DNA of 64,000 bases from Eledone cirrhosa (Eukaryota). The notes beneath the pieces are model-generated. The model did not search any database. It was not told where the DNA came from and worked only from the letters and a program-made list of their open reading frames with translations. Where the stretch lies: contig OZ024740.1 in NCBI GenBank assembly GCA_964016885.1, forward strand, positions 394,506,001-394,570,000, written 5' to 3'. A program made the position numbers and the translations under genes. Of this stretch, positions 1 through 10,744 are shown one piece after another (position 1 is the first letter of the stretch; the number at the start of each line of letters is the position of its first letter).

Positions 1-1822
1 GTGGTACAAAGGACCAGTTGCTTATTGATAAGATGGTAATGGGGAATTGCAGGAGGAGACACACTGATCTTGCCATGGGATGGATAGACTACAGAAAGGC
101 ATTTGACATGGTGCCTCATTCCTGGATCACCAAAAGCCTGGAGATCTTCAGGGTGGCGGATAACATCAGACAGTTGCTAGGCAGGAGTATGGGGTCCTGG
201 GAGACAGAGTTGACATCAACTGGAGTATCCTTGGGAAGCGTGAAGATCAAGAGAGGTATCTTCCAGGAAGATAGCCTGTCCCCTCTGTTGTTTGTCCTTG
301 CCCTGATGCCCTTGACCATTATGCTGCGAAAAGTGAGAGCAGGATACAAGTTGGGAAGGGGAGAGCTTACCATCAATCACCTCTTCTTCATGGACGATCT
401 TAAGCTCTTCGGGAAAAGTGAGAAGGAGTTGGATGTGCTTGTTGACACTGTCCGTATTTTCAGCAGTGATATATGTATGCAGTTTGGTATTGGTAAATGT
501 GGAGTCATTGTGATGAAGAGGGTAGGTTGAGCAGAAGTAACGGGATCCAGATACCAACAGGTGAGATGATAAAGGAAATTGACTCTGAGGAAGGATACAA
601 GTATTTGGGCGTTCTGGAGGCTGATGGCATAAAGAACAAAAAAATGAAGGAATTGTTAAGAACTGAATACATTCGGAGAGTAAGGAGCGTATTGAAGTCA
701 CATCTGAACAGCAGAAATGCCATAAGCGCAGTAAATTCCCGAGCTGTGTCTATTATTAGGTACAGTGCGGGAATTCTGAGATGGAATGTTGCTGAACAGA
801 AAGAAATGGATAGGAAGACTAGGAAGCTATTGACTATCTACAACATGTTCCACAAGAGGAGTGATGTCGATAGACTCTACCTAAGGAGATCTGAGGGTGG
901 AAGAGGTCTTATCAGCATAGAGGACTGTGTTCAGATGGAGAAAAACAACCTATACAAATACGTGACCTATAGTAAGGAGCCAATGCTCAGAGCTGTACTG
1001 AAGGAGGGGACAGTAGGCCAGGGGATGTCCAGGGAGGAAATAACATCAAGGAGGAAGAGCAGCCTTAAGGGAAAACCCCTTCATAGTACCTTCTTTGAGA
1101 AAACTGAATTTAGAGATCCACAGACATGGAACTGGTTGAAAAGAGGAGACCTTAAAAAGGCTACAGAAGGAATGTTAATGGCTGCGCAAGAGCAGGCCCT
1201 CAAAACGAAGTGGTTGAAATACCATATTTACAAGGAGGCTAGCCCACAGTGCAGGATCTGTGGAGAGAGAGAGGAGACTGTGGCTCACATTGTATCCGAA
1301 TGTAAACACCTAGCCCAGACCCACTATAAGGGCTGGAGACATGATGTGATGGGCAGGGTGATCCACTGGCACCTGTGCAAAGTAAACAATTTACCACATT
1401 CTGAGAAATGGTATGAGCATAAGCCAGAGGCGGTGATAGAGAACGATCAGGTGAAGGTGCTGTGGGATTTTAGGATACAGACGGACAAGAAACTGGAACA
1501 CAATAGACCTGACCTGGTGGTTGTGGACAAAGAAAAAAGATCGTGCCTGATTGTGGATGTGGCTTGCCCATTCGACACGAGAGTGCAAGAGAAGGAGAGG
1601 GAGAAAATTAACCGATATCAGGACTTAAAGTGGGAGGTAAAAAGGATTTGGAACTGCCATGAAGTCAAAGTGATCCCGATTGTCATAGGCGCACTGGGGA
1701 CTATCTCCAAAAGTTTCCAGGGATGGTTAAAGAAAATCGGCCCCTTCACGCTTTTTGGAACGCTTCAAAAGGCATGTTTGCTGGGAACAGCAAGAACCCT
1801 CCGATACGTCCTGAATATCTGA
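1..1822 (+). pseudogene. RT-RLE ORF broken by a 1-nt deletion near 520 (GGG vs GGGG in the intact copy); QGD>QED in RT motif B'
   Basis: ORFs 18..530 and 497..1822 together equal the C-terminal half of 23984..27376. Confidence 0.9.
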
Positions 1823-1912
1823 GGCTGCAGGTAGTGGCTTGATATTCATTCCAACAAACTTTCCAGTTAACTAACATCAATGACTGAGACTCAAGGAGTA
1901 ATAACAATAATA

Positions 1913-1954
<42 letters not shown>
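1..1954 (+). mobile_element. R4/Dong/Rex6-type RLE non-LTR retrotransposon, family A, copy 1 (5' part outside window), with 3' UTR and (TAA)n tail
   Basis: RT motifs DYRKAFD and FMDDLKL, CCHC knuckle (CRIC..HIVSEC), RPD..D..K endonuclease; near-identical to 25551-27450; tail about 1899-1954. Confidence 0.93.
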
Positions 1955-2199
1955 GGTTTTCTTTATTAACCACAAGGGTTTACATAAAGTAGACATTAAG
2001 GACAGTACAGGACAATACAGGACGGTACAAATGGGCATTTCTGCGTGTAAAAAAAACGGAGGTTGAAATAAAATAACAAAGAAAAATTCCCCAATAGGGG
2101 GGAGACTTCCGAGGGACATTTGTGGAGAAAGCCCATTAAAAGACCACAGTGGCTCTGACCACCAGGGCAAGTGCCCTCTCCCAGTTTTCCACCTTTAAT

Positions 2200-4750
2200 T
2201 TACAGACACATACTCAGAGAAGGCCCATTCATTCGGGCCATACTTGCTTCTCTCACCCATCTTTCAACAAAATGCTGGGAAGAGAGCACTTCCCTCTCTA
2301 CCCTGATTTTCCTTTTCAAATGAAATTTGAAAAAGTTAATCAGGGCATCACCGAAGAGGTAAGTGCTCGTCTTCAGCCCATTCAAACGTGTCCACCATAC
2401 TATCTCTTTCGCCATGGCCACCAGACAGATAAAAACTGCCTGCCCTTCCCGGCTAAAGGAAGGGGGCGGGGCAATCCTCACGATGGACTCAGCTGATAGC
2501 TGGATCCGTCCTACACGTGACAGCAGGTGTTCGACATAAACCCACAAGTCAGCAATGCTCGGACACTGGACGAGTGCGTGCAGGACGGTTTCGTCGCCCT
2601 GCGCGCATCTCGGACATGCCCGGCTGACGGCACCTCCATGCCTGTAGAGTTTATCCCGAACTGGCAAAGCTCCTCGGTAGCACTGCCAGGCCAGGGATTT
2701 CTGGAAGTTGTCCATAGGCCCCGGCCCGAAAGTCCTTCCGAAGAGATTGGCTAGTTGATTTTCGTCGACGCCTAGAGTTTCTCCAAGTACGTCGTCGCTC
2801 TTCCCCTCCACTAATCCCCTATAGAACGCCAAGGTGGAGTTTCCACCGATCACATTGCCCGATTGGTCGAGGGCTGTGAGCGCCTGAAGACATTCCAGTC
2901 TCCAAGCGCTCCCACTCGGTCTTCGCTTGACCCAGGACTGCAGCTCCGTCAAGGAGACGAGCTGGGGAAAAACGCGTCTAGCAAACGGCGACCACACCTG
3001 ATCACCGTCGAGGAAGAGGTGGAGATGTCGTAGCCTGAGCGCGTGTCTGCGCATCATCAGCCACGGCATGCCCAGCCCTCCACGTAGCGGGTGTTGACAG
3101 CAGATGGACCGCCTGACCATCGGAGCGCGTCCCTTCCACAAGAAGCGAAAGAGCAAACGCCAAAATCTTGAACTCTGTGTTTAGCAGAGTTATGGGCCTA
3201 AAATTATCTATGTTATCCCCCTTGTTCGGATCCTTTCTCAGCAGCGCCACCGCTCCTCGGCTCACAGAGCTAGGAATTCTCCCGTTCTGTTGCCAATTGC
3301 AGTAGACGTCCGCCAAGAGGCCTCCGAACAAGTTTGGCATTTGTACGTAAAGTTCATAGGGCAGACCATCCAAACCAGGCGATTTACCCCTTGTGCAACT
3401 AGTCATTGCATCCCGTACTTCAGCGGTTGTTATCGGCTTTTCGCAACACTCCGCCTCAGTGGCCGAAAGCCGCGGCAGTCCGTCAAGGTAGACACTAAAG
3501 TCCATCCCTCGATCCGGCCCGCCACTGCCCCCGAACAGTTGAGCGAAGTGTCGCTGAAAAGCTTCACACATTTGCCCGGGATCGAGTAGCATGCGCCCGT
3601 CGTGGTCCACCAAAGACCGGATCGTGGCTTTGTTGCCACGACGCGCCTCCGCCACTCGGGCCCATTGAACGGCTTTCGTCCCCTCGTGTCTGAGAGCACG
3701 CACCCTAGCTCTGACAACGCAGCCTTCGTGCTTTGCATTGAAGAATTGGTCAAGGGCCAATTTCGCAGCAAGTACGTCGGTCGAGATGCCTTTGCTAAGC
3801 GCCTCGTCTAATTTTCTAACTAGTTCTCCCTCTGCTCTATTTTTCTCTATTGCTAAAGTCTTACTAAACCTAATGGACTCTATTCTAATTGCTCTTTTCA
3901 GAGCAAACCACCACTTGTTGTTGACGATGGCCCCCGTCAACGCCCGCTTAACTAGTTCGCTAATCCGGTCTCTGTAGGCCTTGCGCGCTGGTAAGGACGC
4001 GTTTAGCTTCCAGTAGCCGGGTCCTCATCTATGAAGCCTATCTAAGTCAAGCACACAGATCACGAATTTGTGGTCCGTGTAGCTGACTATCTTGAATTGT
4101 GGACAGCCTATGCTAGACCTATCTATTTCCCTACAAAATACTCTATCTAGATATGATCTGGATGACCCTATGCGATTTGTCCAAGTCCACATTGGTACAT
4201 TCGGGAAATCCATTCGGTACCTGTCAGACAGTTCAAAACGTCTGAGCAGGTTGGTGAGACTCTTGCACCCTCCTTCCCTATCCACTAATCCCACACAATC
4301 CCAGCGTGCATCTAAGATCCCGTTCCAGTCGCCCACTAACACTAAAGAGCGGGACGTTCCAAGAAAGGTCTCCAGACGCCGGAAGAAATCAGGCCGCCCT
4401 GCTCCTGTCGGGGCATAGACGGCCACTAACCTGAAAGCTTGCCCGTCTCCGCTGGTCACGTCCAGCACCACCAACTTACCTTCTGGGTCCAGGAAGATGG
4501 CCCGTATGGCAAGATCCAAACCTCTCCGAAAAAGCACAGCAACTCCTCCCCCCGATCCCGGACGGCTGGGAGATGCGTACACATCGTAGCCGCCGAAGAT
4601 CGGTGCGAAAGCCTGTGCCTCGGAGATTCTGGTCTCGCTGATGGCCACTACATCTATGTTTAGTGACCTGAGGTCGTTGAGCAGGTGGCCTTTCTTCCAT
4701 GACGACCCCAAGCCACGCGCATTTATGCTGCCTATTCTGAGTGAGGTCAT
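2200..4750 (-). pseudogene. Tx1 ORF2 (APE-RT) with CGA>TGA stop at 4025-4027 and RT core deleted
   Basis: Fragments 4025..4750, 3002..3940 and 2200..3156 match intact ORF 7291..10710. Confidence 0.92.
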
Positions 4751-4784
4751 GTTGAAAAGGAGTGGAAAAGATGGGAAAGATCAC

Positions 4785-6491
4785 TTACCTTACTTCTCGT
4801 AGGGGAAGGACGGTTTTTCCATCCTTTTCACTGCTTGTGGCCTCCTCAGGAAGGATGTCCTTATAAATCCTCCTGGAGAGTGCTTGTCGGAAGTCTCCGA
4901 TGTCTTTGGGGAATTTTTGTTTTAGTGTCATGTACGTTTTCTGTGTGATGCGAGTGATTTGTATGTGTGGAGGTGGTGTGAATTTTGGGGTTGTTGTGTA
5001 GTCTTTTTCTGTGATGCTGGTGTTGTGTTGGATGTAGTGTAATAATTGCTTGTTGTTCAAATTTAATGCTGTGTAGTGTGTATCGTTTTGGTTGTTTTGT
5101 TTTGTTTGCGTTTGTTGTGGGTTTGTTTCTGTTTCGCATTTTGGTGACTTTTGTGGTGTAGGTGATGGTGGTGTTGGAGTTAATGATGGTGATGGTGTTG
5201 GTGTTTGGGTTGATGGGGTTGGTGATGCTGGTGTGGATGGTGGCATATCTGTCCTAACTTTTTTGTTTCTTAGTTTACTTGTTTCCCTCTGTATTTTGTT
5301 TTTGGAGGGGGAAGGAAGAGAATTTTTTCTTTTTTGGTTTCTTTTTTTTTTTCCGGATATCGTTTCCCACTCCTCGTCGTCACAATCTGTCTCCAGTTGT
5401 GATAGGCCGGGGAGTGGAAAATCCTCCACAGCCGTTAGTTTTGGTTGTGGTGTGGTGGATGGTGTAGGCGCTGGTGCTAGTTCTGAAGCGTTGGGTGGTG
5501 GTGGTGTTGGTTTTGCTGGTGGTGGTAGTGGTGTTGGTTTTGCTACTGTTGCTGGGGTTGTTGCTGTTATAGTTGCTTCTGTTGTTGCTGCTACAGTTGT
5601 TGCTGCCATCTCTGCTACTGGTTGTGTTGATGGTTGTGTCACTGGGGTGGGTAGGAGAGGTGGCCTCAACCTTTTAGCCTGAGGGCAGAAAGCCCTTAGG
5701 TGGGTTCCTTCACCACAAACGACACACCTAGGTCTTCTGCCCTCGACAATTACCGTGAGGTGGCTGCCGTCAGTGAGGTCTATTACCTCTGGGATCTCCT
5801 CAATGCTTTTTTGGTCCGCTTGGATTAGGAGCTCCATCCCAGATCCGGACCAGTTTTCCTGCTTTTCTTTTGCTATTGCTATTATTTTCGTGTTGGCTTC
5901 GATGCCGGCGAGGACAGCCGCTATTAGCCAGGGAATTTCGATGGCCGGTGGAACGTGGGTCACCCTGATCTTTACGAGTCTCTGGCCACAATAGCTTGGG
6001 ACGAGTGTGAAGTCGTCACTTTTTAATGGGGCCATGGAGTGTTCTCTAGCCTCCTCTGGTGTTTCAAAGAACATATCCACGGTTCCATACTTTTGCCCAC
6101 GTCTGATGTGGGTTTTTCTTGCCCACACATGTCCCAAAGCTTTTTGGATTTGGGACTCGGATGCCCGTTCCACTCGGCACGATTTTACATTTATTGTTCT
6201 ATACGACACGGTGCATAGGCGCCGATGCTCCATTTTATTAGGTGGGGAGGTGAGGCTGACCCTGTACCCATCTTTCTTTACCATTTGTTTGGCATTTTCT
6301 AAATCCTCTTGAGTTACCGTGAATGCTTCGAATTGTTTTGCTACTATGGCGAAACTGAGGGTCGGTTTTATAATGTCATTGTTGTTGTTGTTGCTATCTT
6401 TATTTGTGTTAATATTAATTTTAGTTTCAGTTGTGGTGGTGGTGACGTCAGTCGTCTTTGGTGCGGAAAAGTCCATTTTGCTTGATTTCAT
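4785..6491 (-). CDS. Tx1 ORF1 (gag-like nucleic-acid-binding protein), 568 aa
   Basis: CX2CX4HX4C knuckle CVVCGEGTHLRAFC, Pro/Thr-rich linker, basic patch; lies upstream of ORF2. Confidence 0.85.
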   Translation of the reverse strand: MKSSKMDFSAPKTTDVTTTTTETKININTNKDSNNNNNDIIKPTLSFAIVAKQFEAFTVTQEDLENAKQMVKKDGYRVSLTSPPNKMEHRRLCTVSYRTINVKSCRVERASESQIQKALGHVWARKTHIRRGQKYGTVDMFFETPEEAREHSMAPLKSDDFTLVPSYCGQRLVKIRVTHVPPAIEIPWLIAAVLAGIEANTKIIAIAKEKQENWSGSGMELLIQADQKSIEEIPEVIDLTDGSHLTVIVEGRRPRCVVCGEGTHLRAFCPQAKRLRPPLLPTPVTQPSTQPVAEMAATTVAATTEATITATTPATVAKPTPLPPPAKPTPPPPNASELAPAPTPSTTPQPKLTAVEDFPLPGLSQLETDCDDEEWETISGKKKRNQKRKNSLPSPSKNKIQRETSKLRNKKVRTDMPPSTPASPTPSTQTPTPSPSLTPTPPSPTPQKSPKCETETNPQQTQTKQNNQNDTHYTALNLNNKQLLHYIQHNTSITEKDYTTTPKFTPPPHIQITRITQKTYMTLKQKFPKDIGDFRQALSRRIYKDILPEEATSSEKDGKTVLPLREVR

Positions 6492-6505
6492 TTCGACATC
6501 ACGAG

Positions 6506-6778
6506 TTAATTTATTTTTTTCTTCTTTTGTTTCTGTTGTCGTGGTGGTGGTGGGGTGGGGGTTGTCGCGGTGGTGGTGGTGGTGGAGGCTTTAACACCTG
6601 CAGTCATTGGTAATGGCGGGAAATGAATGTCTGCCTGAGACAAATTTAAAATATTGCTACTGCTTATATTTTTTTTTGTGTTGGCAAACGTAGTAACATT
6701 TACAATGGTGGTGTCGGTGTGAGGTGTTATTTTGTGAGGAAGGCTTTCAGCTGCTTCGTGCAGAGGGGAATTAGCCAT
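6506..6778 (-). other. 90-aa upstream ORF in the Tx1 5' region (also 12465..12737; diverged at 22503..22805)
   Basis: ATG-initiated and present in three copies; could instead be a split N-terminus of ORF1. Confidence 0.4.
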
Positions 6779-6986
6779 TTTTTTTCAAAGAAATTTTTGG
6801 ATAATAATAAAAGTTAAAATTTTGGGCACAAGGCCCCAATCCTTTTGGGTGTCCTTTTCGGAAAACAATGTATGTGTGCTTATAAACAGTTAACAATAAA
6901 ATTTTCCATAAATGGCAATTTTTAACAAACGGAAATAACAAACCTTTGCGGAGCTCACGATGATACGATTTACTACGTAGGTCGCC

Positions 6987-7046
<60 letters not shown>
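6987..7046. repeat. (AAT)n spacer between Tx1 copies 1 and 2
   Basis: Direct reading. Confidence 0.98.
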
Positions 7047-7047
<1 letters not shown>

Positions 7048-7290
7048 TTTTCTTTATTAACCACAAGGGTTCACATAAAGTAGACATTAAGGACAGTACA
7101 GGACAATACAGGACGGTACAAATGGGCATTTCTGCGTGTAAAAAAAACAGAGGTTGAAATAAAATAACAAAGAAAAATTCCCCAATAGGGGGGAGACTTC
7201 CAAGGGACATTTGTGGAGAAAGCCCATTAAAAGACCACAGTGGCCCTGACCACCAGGGCAAGTGCCCTCTCCCAGTTTTCCACCTTTAAT

Positions 7291-10200
7291 TTACAGACAC
7301 ATACTCAGAGAAGGCCCATTCATTCGGGCCATACTTGCTTCTCTCACCCATCTTTCAACAAAATGCTGGGAAGAGAGCACTTCCCTCTCTACCCTGATTT
7401 TCCTTTTCAAATGAAATTTGAAAAAGTTAATCAGGGCATCACCGAAGAGGTAAGTGCTCGTCTTCAGCCCTTTCAAACGTGTCCACCATACTATCTCTTT
7501 CGCCATGGCCACCAGACAGATAAAAACTGCCTGCCCTTCCAGGCTAAAGGAAGGGGGTGGGGCAATCCTCACGATGGACTCAGCTGATAGCTGGATCCGT
7601 CCTACACGTGACAGCAGGTGTTCGACATAAACCCACAAGTCAGCAATGCTCGGACACTGGACGAGTGCGTGCAGGACGGTTTCGTCGCCCTGCGCGCATC
7701 TCGGACATGCCCGGCTGACGGCACCTCCATGCCTGTAGAGTTTATCCCGAACTGGCAAAGCTCCTCGGTAGCACTGCCAGGCCAGGGATTTCTGGAAGTT
7801 GTCCATAGGCCCCGGCCCGAAAGTCCTTCCGAAGAGATTGGCTAGTTGATTTTCGTCGACGCCTAGAGTTTCTCCAAGTACGTCGTCGCTCTTCCCCTCC
7901 ACTAATCCCCTATAGAACGCCAAGGTGGAGTTTCCACCGATCACATTGCCCGATTGGTCGAGGGCTGTGAGCGCCTGAAGACATTCCAGTCTCCAAGCGC
8001 TCCCTCTCGGTCTTCGCTTGACCCAGGACTGCAGCTCCGCCAAGGAGACGAGCTGGGGAAAAACGTGTCTTGCAAACGGCGACCACACCTGATCACCGTC
8101 GAGGAAGAGGTGGAGATGTCGTAGCCTGAGCGCGTGTCTGCGCATCATCAGCCACGGCATGCCCAGCCCTCCACGTAGCGGGTGTTGACAGCAGATTGAC
8201 CGCCTGACCATCGGAGCGCGTCCCTTCCACAAGAAGCGAAAGAGCAAACGCTCCAGCGCAGTCAGGCGGGGCTTAGGACAAGGTACGACGGTCAGGCGGT
8301 AGTAGATGACGGATGCGATGTACGCATTCGCCACCTCCGCTCGACCTTTTAGGGATAGCTTCCTCTCGGCCCAATTCTGGGTGAGAGAAGCCACCCTGCT
8401 CGTCACCTCGTCCCAGTTTTTGTCCGTCTGGAGGTCTGGACCGAACCAGACCCCTAGCAATTTAACCGGTCCGTCCGTCCAGCGCCCGACGACGCTGTTG
8501 GACGGCATGGACCTGCCTCTCCAGGTGCCGAGCTGCAGGCCCACTGACTTTTCCTGGTTGATCATTGCTCCTGTCACCGCTTCGTATTCTCTTAGTGTAG
8601 TGCCGATCGCCTCGATGTGTTTGGCGTTCGACACCACTACGGTGACATCGTCCGCATATGCTGACACGGATCTTCCGCATCCTAGTTCGCGCGGGACCCC
8701 CCTCAACGTCTCCAGTTTGTGCAGTAATGGCTCGAGAGTCAATACGTACAATAGGGACGAGAGGGGACATCCTTGGCGGACCGAGCGCATGATGTTGAAC
8801 GGTTCCGAAAGGTGACCGTTCACTCTCACTACAGAGCAGATGTCGCTGTGCATGGCAGCGATCCAGCCTCTGAAGACGGGCCCAAAGCCAGCCGCCCTCA
8901 GGACTGCCGCTAGGTAACGATGGTCGACCCTATCGAAGGCTTTCGACTGATCTAAATTGATCGAAGACCCACCCGTACCAGGTTCCCTAGCTACCCTCTC
9001 TACGATGTATCGCATGAGGTGGAGGTTGTCGTGGATGGATCTGTCGGGAATGGCGCATGTCTGTGCCTCTCCCACCAGACCACCAACGACAAGCGCCAAC
9101 CTCTTTGCTAGCACCTTGGCCAAAATCTTGAACTCTGTGTTTAGCAGAGTTATGGGCCTAAAATTATCTATGTTATCCCCCTTGTTCGGATCCTTTCTCA
9201 GCAGCGCCACCGCTCCTCGGCTCACAGAGCTGGGAATTCTCCCGTTCTGTTGCCAGTTGCAGTAGACGTCCGCCAAGAGGCCTCCGAACAAGTTTGGCAT
9301 TTGTACGTAAAGTTCATAGGGCAGACCATCCAAACCAGGCGATTTGCCCCTTGTGCAACTAGTCATTGCATCCCGTACTTCAGCGGTTGTTATCGGCTTT
9401 TCGCAACACTCCGCCTCAGTGGCCGAAAGCCGCGGCAGTCCGTCGAGGTAGACACTAAAGTCCATCCCTCGATCCGGCCCGCCACTGCCCCCGAACAGTT
9501 GAGCGAAGTGTCGCTGAAAAGCTTCACACATTTGCCCGGGATCGAGTAGCATGCGCCCGTCGTGGTCCACCAAAGACCGGATCGTGGCTTTGTTGCCACG
9601 ACGCGCCTCCGCCACTCGGGCCCATTCAACGGCTTTCGTCCCCTCGTGTCTGAGAGCACGCACCCTAGCTCTGACAACGCAGCCTTCGTGCTTTGCATTG
9701 AAGAATTGGTCAAGGGCCAATTTCGCCGCAAGTACGTCGGTCGCGATGCCTTTGCTAAGCGCCTCATCTAATTTTCTAACTAATTCTCCCTCTGCTCTAT
9801 TTTTCTCTATTGCTAAAGTCTTACTAAACCTAATGGACTCTATTCTAATTGCTCTTTTCAGAGCAAACCACCACTTGTTGTTGACGATGGCCCCCGTCAA
9901 CGCCCGCTTAACTAGTTCGCTAATCCGGTCTCTGTAGGCCTTGCGCGCTGGTAAGGACGCGTTTAGCTTCCAGTAGCCGGGTCCTCGTCTATGAAGCCTA
10001 TCTAAGTCAAGCACACAGATCACGAATTTGTGGTCCGTGTAGCTGACTATCTTGAATTGTGGACAGCCTATGCTAGACCTATCTATTTCCCTACAAAATA
10101 CTCTATCTAGATATGATCTGGATGACCCTATGCGATTTGTCCAAGTCCACATTGGTACATTCGGGAAATCCATTCGGTACCTGTCAGACAGTTCAAAACG

Positions 10201-10710
10201 TCTGAGCAGGTTGGTGAGACTCTTGCACCCTCCTTCCCTATCCACTAATCCCACACAATCCCAGCGTGCATCTAAGATCCCGTTCCAGTCGCCCACTAAC
10301 ACTAAAGAGCGGGACGTTCCAAGAAAGGTCTCCAGACGCCGGAAGAAATCAGGCCGCCCTGCTCCTGTCGGGGCATAGACGGCCACTAACCTGAAAGCTT
10401 GCCCGTCTCCGCTGGTCACGTCCAGCACCACCAACTTACCTTCTGGGTCCAGGAAAATGGCCCGTATGGCAAGATCCAAACCTCTCCGAAAAAGCACAGC
10501 AACTCCTCCCCCCGATCCCGGACGGCTGGGAGATGCGTACACATCGTAGCCGCCGAAGATCGGTGCGAAAGCCTGTGCTTCGGAGATTCTGGTCTCGCTG
10601 ATGGCCACTACATCTATGTTTAGTGACCTGAGGTCGTTGAGCAGGTGGCCCTGCTTCCATGACGACCCCAAGCCACGCGCATTTATGCTGCCTATTCTGA
10701 GTGAGGTCAT
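7291..10710 (-). CDS. Tx1 ORF2: APE endonuclease + reverse transcriptase + C-terminal CCHC, 1139 aa, open
   Basis: SINARGL, GDWN, YLDR, TDH (APE); DQSKAFD, RQGCPLS, YADD (RT); CPRC..HALVQC. Confidence 0.95.
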   Translation of the reverse strand: MTSLRIGSINARGLGSSWKQGHLLNDLRSLNIDVVAISETRISEAQAFAPIFGGYDVYASPSRPGSGGGVAVLFRRGLDLAIRAIFLDPEGKLVVLDVTSGDGQAFRLVAVYAPTGAGRPDFFRRLETFLGTSRSLVLVGDWNGILDARWDCVGLVDREGGCKSLTNLLRRFELSDRYRMDFPNVPMWTWTNRIGSSRSYLDRVFCREIDRSSIGCPQFKIVSYTDHKFVICVLDLDRLHRRGPGYWKLNASLPARKAYRDRISELVKRALTGAIVNNKWWFALKRAIRIESIRFSKTLAIEKNRAEGELVRKLDEALSKGIATDVLAAKLALDQFFNAKHEGCVVRARVRALRHEGTKAVEWARVAEARRGNKATIRSLVDHDGRMLLDPGQMCEAFQRHFAQLFGGSGGPDRGMDFSVYLDGLPRLSATEAECCEKPITTAEVRDAMTSCTRGKSPGLDGLPYELYVQMPNLFGGLLADVYCNWQQNGRIPSSVSRGAVALLRKDPNKGDNIDNFRPITLLNTEFKILAKVLAKRLALVVGGLVGEAQTCAIPDRSIHDNLHLMRYIVERVAREPGTGGSSINLDQSKAFDRVDHRYLAAVLRAAGFGPVFRGWIAAMHSDICSVVRVNGHLSEPFNIMRSVRQGCPLSSLLYVLTLEPLLHKLETLRGVPRELGCGRSVSAYADDVTVVVSNAKHIEAIGTTLREYEAVTGAMINQEKSVGLQLGTWRGRSMPSNSVVGRWTDGPVKLLGVWFGPDLQTDKNWDEVTSRVASLTQNWAERKLSLKGRAEVANAYIASVIYYRLTVVPCPKPRLTALERLLFRFLWKGRAPMVRRSICCQHPLRGGLGMPWLMMRRHALRLRHLHLFLDGDQVWSPFARHVFPQLVSLAELQSWVKRRPRGSAWRLECLQALTALDQSGNVIGGNSTLAFYRGLVEGKSDDVLGETLGVDENQLANLFGRTFGPGPMDNFQKSLAWQCYRGALPVRDKLYRHGGAVSRACPRCAQGDETVLHALVQCPSIADLWVYVEHLLSRVGRIQLSAESIVRIAPPPSFSLEGQAVFICLVAMAKEIVWWTRLKGLKTSTYLFGDALINFFKFHLKRKIRVEREVLSSQHFVERWVREASMARMNGPSLSMCL

Positions 10711-10744
10711 GTTGAAAAGGAGTGGAAAAGATGGGAAAGACCAC

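Larger units (their letters stand above)
1955..6986 (-). mobile_element. Tx1/L1-clade LINE, copy 1, both ends intact, internal 869-bp deletion
   Basis: 5' end GGCGACCTACGTAG abuts (TTA)n; 3' AATAAA-GAAAACC-(TTA)n; junction 3160/3161 joins copy-2 positions 8251 and 9121 with GC microhomology. Confidence 0.92.
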
